The position numbers were made by a program, and so were the translations under genes. DNA of 64,000 nt, from assembly GCA_031835245.2 (NCBI GenBank), contig JAVKOQ020000006.1, forward strand, positions 62,001 through 126,000, given 5' to 3'. This stretch comes from Balamuthia mandrillaris (lineage: Eukaryota). Of this stretch, positions 57,622 to 64,000 are shown piece by piece; the stretch's first letter is position 1; every line of letters starts with the position of its first letter. Below the pieces are notes generated by a model. The model did no database searches. It was not told the origin of the DNA and saw only the letters and a list, made by a program, of their open reading frames with translations.

Positions 57622-58069
57622 CTTTTTGTTGTTTATTAGTTTATTTGCTGTTGGAGCGCCCACACGCCCGCACACGACTCAAGAAAGCTAGTAAACGAAG
57701 AAGAAGAAGAAGAAGAAGAAGAAGGAAGAAAAAGCTCTTCTTGTTTTCTCTCTCCGACAATAAATGAAAAAGAAGGAAAATGGAGATGAAATTTTCATCC
57801 GCGTGTTCAAGCCCAACCAATGGAAAATCAAAGCGAGTGGGCAACGCCTTCCCAATAAGGTAAAAATCTGAGATCACTTTCGTAGATCCGCCAATCAGCC
57901 AGCTTTGATTAATCGGTCAAACGAAAAAGAAAAAGAGACTTAAACAACAAAATATACATTTGGGCGAAAGAGGGAGAGAGAGGAGGAGAAAAGAGCAAAG
58001 GAGGGTTCCGCAAGGTGGTTGGTGGATGCCTCTTCGCCGCATGTGCGTTCCGTTCCGTTTGTAACTTGT

Positions 58070-59702
58070 TTATCGCCGGGTAATTTCGTATTTGCAAATA
58101 GGGCATGTGTTGCGGCTGCGCAGCCAGTGGTCGATGCAGGCCTGATGATAAACGTGCAGGCATGGAAGGGTGCGCAGCGTTTCTCCTTCCTCAAAGTCGG
58201 ATAAGCAGATGATACACCTATTCAGAAGCAGAAGCGGTATGAGATCTTATAAAGTCGTGCCGAAGTTTAGAAAAGAAAAAGAGGACGAGAGAAGAAAGAG
58301 ATGAATGCAAGCAAATGAAAGAGTTACTGTTTCCGGTGTTCATCTGCATCAGCTGAGTTCGAAGTCGTTGAAGAAGAGGAGGAGGCTCTAACAGCTCCTT
58401 CCGCATGGTCATCGTTGTTAGATTGTTTAGGGGGTTGTTGATACGAAAACGTAGGAAGCTCCTCGAAAGTACGTTGATCCACTCCTCTATTTACATCGCC
58501 TAAACGCTCTGCTAGCCTCATCAAATCCTTTTCAATGAGTTATGATCAGATGTTATGACACTAAGCACAAAGAAGAAAAGACGAAAAGGAAAATGAACAG
58601 AACAAAGATTGCTTGTCATGGCATACCTCGTAAGTCATGCCCCCAGACCCACCCATCTCGTCACCGTACTCCCTGCCGGTCGCCCTAGCAGCTTGTTGCC
58701 TTTGCAACATGCCAATAAGCTGAAACAGTTCAGCATAAGGCCCCAACAGTCCTGCTAGTTCGTCCCCTTCTTCCTCAGTTGCTAAATGTCGCCCTCCAAA
58801 TAATGAAGGGGCCGACGTGGAAGAACGAGGAGGGGCTCCAGAACGATTGTTGCTGCCCCATGAGAAACGAATGACTTGCTCGCCGCGAGGGCCAGTCGCT
58901 CGCTCAGCGCGAATGCCGAATGGACCCACGTAAGGCTGCGAGTGTTGTGCTCCAGGTGGGGTAGAATAAGGAGATGAAGAGGTAGGGTTTTGACTTTGTT
59001 CGATTTCTGCTTGAAGTCTGCGAGCGAGAGCTTCGTCTTCCTCTATTTGAGCTCGAGAACGAGGAGGTGGAGAAGAGGAAGAAGTCTGTTCTTGTTCTTG
59101 GTGTTGTTGTGTTTGTTCCAAAAGGTTTTGTAGGCTACGGGCTAACAGGGCGTCTCTGGCGGCAGTCCTTCTGTTCTCCTCCTCCGCCTCCCTCTCCCAT
59201 TGTTCCTGGAGGGCTCTCGCCAGCTCCTCGTCGCTCATGTTCTCATTTGTTGCTGCTGGCTGGCGCCCGTTCAAAAGCACCCATTCTTCGTCCGCGTTGC
59301 TGTTGTTGTTGTTGTTGCTGCGCCGTTGTGTCGTTGCTGCTGCTGCTGGTTGTCGTTGATAAGCAGAAGAACGCGTCCCAGGATAGGAAGTTCCTTCTGG
59401 TGTGTGTTTGTTCATTCCAGTTCCGTTTCGCAGTGAGAAGAAGAAAGCGAGAAGAGAAGGAAAAGATGAAAAAAAAAGAGTAGCAGAGAAGAGAGATAGG
59501 CAGAAAAAGGAGGACAAGGGTTATAGCCAAAGGGAAGGAGAGAACAGAAGGGACCCATACCATTGTCTTCAGCAGCAGCCCCGCTTGGGGCAGCGGCTCG
59601 ACGCCAGAGGCTCCGAAGAGAGGCCAACAGCCCGGAGCTTTGACCCTCCTCCCTGCCCTCTTGGCTTTCCTCAGAATGGTGGCGCTGCGGCTCTCTTCTC
59701 AT
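58070..59702 (-). CDS. RING-H2 E3 ubiquitin ligase with UIM-like repeats, multi-exon
   Basis: UIM-like DEELARALQ, DALLARSLQ and DEALARRLQ. MTYE|DLMRLAERLGDVNRG. RING-H2 CIICLSDFEEGETLRTLPCLHVYHQACIDHWLRSRNTCPICK. Confidence 0.88.
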
Positions 59703-60055
59703 CACTGCCACCTTCTCCTGGCCGGTGTGCTGTGCTTTGGCAGTGTTTGGCGCTCGCAAAGTGTGTTATTTTTTTTTTTAAAAAAATTTTTTTTGTGAAT
59801 CCACCAGGAGAGGAGGGAAGAAACAACGCTTTCTTTCTTCCTTGCGCCTCTCTCTCACTCTCTCTCTCTTGTATTTTTTTTTCCTTCTCCTTTCGGACGA
59901 ATCTTCCGTTCTACCGCCTTTCACCCAACTTTCCACCTTCATTTTAAAATGAAAAAAATAAAACACCAAATTCTTCTGAGAATTATGAGGAGTCGTATTC
60001 TCTTTTGTGGGGAATACGGCGGAATGGAACAGCAGCACTGCTGATAATCTGTAAA

Positions 60056-60190
60056 AGAAACCCAGGAGATCAGCACCAGCCTAGCCCTTCCAACAGGATG
60101 GCAAGCAGGACAGAAAGCAAAAAGACTAGCAGTAAGAAAGAAATTAGAAAGTATGTAAGATAAAAACAACTATAAGTACTAACATGAAGA
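60056..60190 (+). pseudogene. Hypermutated remnant of the PPR-DYW exon 2 5' end
   Basis: Aligns without gaps to 60845-60979 (RNPREQHRLSASSRVAGRTESKETSRRREVGRHAGQEQLQALARG), with almost exclusively C>T and G>A changes. Confidence 0.85.
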
Positions 60191-60585
60191 ATGTTGGTAA
60201 AATCATCTCTAGACTCCTCATATTAATCCATCCTAGACCCTTACCTCTCCTTTCTTTTATATTCTTTTATCCTTTTTTTCTCTTTTTCCTCTTTCCCTTA
60301 ATTTATTTTAAAGCAACATCAGATTCTTTTTTATTGTCTTTCTTTTGTTCTTCTAAAATACACTCCTTTTTGATCATTTGTTCTTTCTTTAGTTAAGTTG
60401 GACTTAACCAACAAAGAGAAGCAAGAGCAAAAGGTCGATTGTAAAGTCAATAAACTTGGCTTTAAACTACTTTATAGTTATAATGTTTGCTTCTCCTATG
60501 CAGCTTTTTTCGTTTTAAGTAATACAATAATAACACAAAGTAAAAAAAGGCAAATTTAAAAAAAAGTGTATCAAAGAAAGAAAAG

Positions 60586-63463
60586 ATGTGGCAACGCGGA
60601 GGGGTGATGGCCAGGGGCGTGCAGAGGACACCCTTTCCCCTCCCTGCTTCCCTGCACTTTTCCGTCTCATCTCTCCCTGTCCCTGTCCTTCCTGTCCGCT
60701 ACTACCACTCCTCTTGCGCCTGTTCTGGTATGTTCCTTTCCTCTGTCCTGGTTTGTTTCTTGTTCTTCTTTCTCCCTTCGCTTCACTTCCACCACTCACC
60801 CTCCCACCCCCCAAACAGCAGAAGGCAGAGCAGAGGACAAGCAGAGAAACCCAAGAGAGCAGCACCGGCTCAGCGCCTCCAGCAGGGTGGCAGGCAGGAC
60901 AGAAAGCAAGGAGACCAGCAGGAGGAGGGAGGTCGGGAGGCATGCCGGACAAGAGCAACTGCAAGCGCTGGCACGAGGAGGAGGAGGAGGAGGAGGAGGA
61001 GGAGGAGGAAGAGGAGGGCGTCTGGAAGCAGAAGCGGTGAAGAGGGTGTTGGAGGAGATGGAAAGGGGAGGGGAGAGAGGGAAGGAGAAGGTCCTCTTGG
61101 CCCTGCTGAAACGGTGCAAGCAGGAGAGGAACCTCCAGGCCAGCCAGAGGGTGCACGCCCACCTCCTCCACCTCTCTTCTTCTGACCAGGAGGTGTTTTC
61201 CCGCCTGGCGGCCTCGCTGATCACTGCGTATGGGGCATGTGGTCGGTTGGACCTGGCCCGCGAAGTCTTTCATCACCACCACCAACAGCAACAACAAGAG
61301 CGAGGCAAGGGGGAGAACGGCGGGGCGGCGATATGGAATGCCATGATGCAAGCGTGCACACAATGTGGGAGTGGAAAGGAGGCCTTGCAGCTGTTCCAAG
61401 AGATGCAGGAGGCAGGCATGTCAGCAGACACCTTCACCTTCTCCATTGTTCTCAAGGCCTGTGGAATGACGAAGGATGTGGAGACGGGCAAGCGAGTGCA
61501 TAGGGAGCTGCTGTGCCGCGGCTCCTTGAGTGTCTCCGAGGCAAACGCTCTGATCAGCATGTATGGCAAGTGTGGGAAGATGGAGGAGGCACGTGCGGTG
61601 TTCCAGGGGATGAAGGAACGGGACGTGGTGACCTGGACATCCATGATTACAGAAGAGACCCAAAGCGGGGATGGGAAGGAGGCCTTGCAACTGTTCCAAG
61701 AGATGGAGAAGGTAAACGTGTCAGCCGACGCCTTCACCTTCGCTGCCGTGCTGAAGGCCTGTGGAATGACGAAGGATGTGGCAACGGGCAAGCGTGTGCA
61801 TGAGGAGATGCTGCGCCGCGGCTCCTTGAGCCTCTCCGAGGCAACAGCCCTGATCAGCATGTATGGCAAGTGTGGGAAGATGGAGGAGGCACGGGCGGTG
61901 TTCCAAGCGATGAAGGAACGGAATGTGGTGACCTGGACCGCCATGATCGCAGAGGAAGCTCAAAGTGAGAATGGTAAAGAGGCCTTGCAGCTTTTTGAAG
62001 AGATGCAGCAAGCTGGGGTGGCAGCAAACGCCTTCACCTTCGCTGCCGTGCTGAAGGCCTGTGCCAGCACAGCAGACTTGAAGACAGGCAAGCAGGTGCA
62101 TGCTGAGGTGCTGCGGAGGGGCTTGCTTCCCAATGGAAACACCGTTCTTTCAACTGCCCTGATCAACATGTATGGAACCTGTGGGAAGATGGAGGAGGCA
62201 CGTGCGGTGTTCCAAGGGATGAAGGAACGGGACGTGGTGACCTGGACCTCCATGATTGCCGCGGTAGCACAAAGTGGTCATGGGGAGGAAGCCTTGCAGC
62301 TGTTCCAAGAGATGGAGCAAACCGGGGTGGCAGCAAACGCCTTCACCTTCGCTGCTGTGCTGAAGGCCTGCGCCAGCACAGCAGACTTGAAGACAGGCAA
62401 TCGTTTGCATGCTGAACTGCTGCGGAGGAGCTTGCTTCCCAATGTTGTTCTCTCGACCGCCCTCATCGACATGTACGGCAAGTGTGGCAAGCTGGAGGAG
62501 GCATGCAAGGTCTTCCAGCAAATGAAGGAACGGAATGTGATCACGTGGAATGCAATGATCGCCATGCATGGGCTGCATGGTCAAGGCAAAGCAGCACTGG
62601 CCGCCCTACAGGAGATGGAAGAACAAGGCGTGCAACCAGACGCCATCACCTTCATCAACGTGCTGAACGCATGCAGCCATGCAGGGCTGGTGGAGGAAGG
62701 CTTGGCCTGCTTTGCTGCCATGAAGGAGAAGCACAACATCCAGCCCACCACAGAGCATTTCAACTGCATGGTGGACCTGTTGGGGCGGGCAGGAAGACTG
62801 GAGGAGGCAGAAGCCTTGATCCACACCATGGAGGTCCCTCCTGATGCTGTGACGTGGAAAGCCTTGCTGGGGGCCTGCCGAGGAGGCAAGGATGTGGAGC
62901 GAGGGAGAAGAGCAGCAGAGCGAGCCATTGCATTGGATCCAAAGGATGCATCCTCCTTTGTGGTGCTGTCCAACATCCTGGCAGCAGCAGGGCGATGGGA
63001 AGAGGTGGAGAAGGTGCGGAAGGAAATGAAGGAGCGGAAGGTGAAGAAAGAGGCAGGGAGGAGCTGGATCACGGTGGATGGGGAGGTGCACAGCTTCGTG
63101 GTGAAGGACCGCAGCCATCCTCGCAGCACAGAGATCTTCCACCACCTGGACCAGCTGATCCAGCAGATGAAGGCAGCGGGATACCAGCCAGCCACGGAGT
63201 GGGTGCTGCATGATGTGGAGGACGAGCAGAAGGAGGAAGAACTGTGCTATCACAGCGAGAAGCTGGCCATTGCCTTTGGGCTGCTGAGCACGCCACCAGG
63301 ACAGGCCCTGCAGATCATGAAGAACCTGAGGGTGTGTGGGGACTGCCATACAGCCACCAAGTTCATTGCCAAGGTCACTCAGCGGGAGATCCTGGTGAGG
63401 GATGGTAGTCGCTTCCATCACTTCTCTCCTGATGGGCGCTGCTCTTGTGGGGATTATTGGTGA
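60586..63463 (+). CDS. PLS-class PPR protein with E1/E2/DYW deaminase domain (copy B), 2 exons
   Basis: Exon 1 (60586-60727) is the presequence-like MWQRGGVMARGVQRTPFPLPASLHF. Intron 60728-60818 keeps the frame. Five P-L-S triplets and intact HSEKLA...CGDCH...CSCGDYW*. Confidence 0.95.
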
Positions 63464-64000
63464 TCATGCTCTATGCTCTGATCCTCTTTCACTTTGTTCA
63501 CCTTCAAATATTTCCATCACATTAATACTTGATAAGCTTTAAACACTTTTGCACCCTTCATAGAGGTAACAAGCTTGATGTATGCTTGATGTATTAATAA
63601 CAAAAACAAATACTTAAGTAGGAAGGTCAACTATTAAAGTAATGTTTATACTGTTCTGTTGCTAGATAGTTGAAAGAAAGGAAAGAAACTCTGAACTTTG
63701 AGTTGTTGAAAACACATGTATGACTTTTTAATTTCAACATAAGTGAAAAGATTCTTGCCCTGATGAACTTTTTTTTGGTTAAGTTGAAGAACTTTGAAGA
63801 AATACCGCAAATGGAAACCTGGTAAAAGGTGTTTCAATAATCACTCATTGGTACTTGCTATTCTTTGCTAAGTGACAAAACTTGATGTTATGCTTGACTA
63901 GCACTAAGGAACTATTGAAAAGCGGATGTACCAACTTGAAAACCTAATAATGACATTGCAGTATCTTCCTGCCTTAATCTTCAACTATGATTGCTGGATT

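Overview
Intron-rich eukaryotic genomic DNA with GT-AG introns full of (CT)n/(CTT)n microsatellites. The gene content suggests a free-living amoeba or amoebozoan-type protist (inference only). About 21 protein genes can be reconstructed: UBC9, a PARP1-like gene, a cortexillin-like CH protein, RWP-RK and RFX transcription factors, a LOV-SAM-PB1 photoreceptor, a Kir channel, PRP43/DHX15, an AlkB-SRA fusion, a CH-LIM protein, two large 7TM receptors, Cys-rich secreted proteins, importin-13, DOMON-cytochrome b561 and a RING E3. Two intronic snoRNA candidates were found by reading the introns. Highlights: (1) a dispersed, recently expanded family of plant-type PLS-E-DYW PPR RNA-editing factors, with two intact copies that differ at RNA-code residues, one deletion pseudogene and one short remnant; (2) a RIP-like C>T/G>A hypermutation signature in that remnant, plus CpG-depleted DNA flanking the intact copies; (3) a LOV photoreceptor fused to two polymerisation domains; (4) an AlkB dioxygenase fused to an SRA methylcytosine-reader domain. 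All gene models and domain calls are by eye, with no database searches run.
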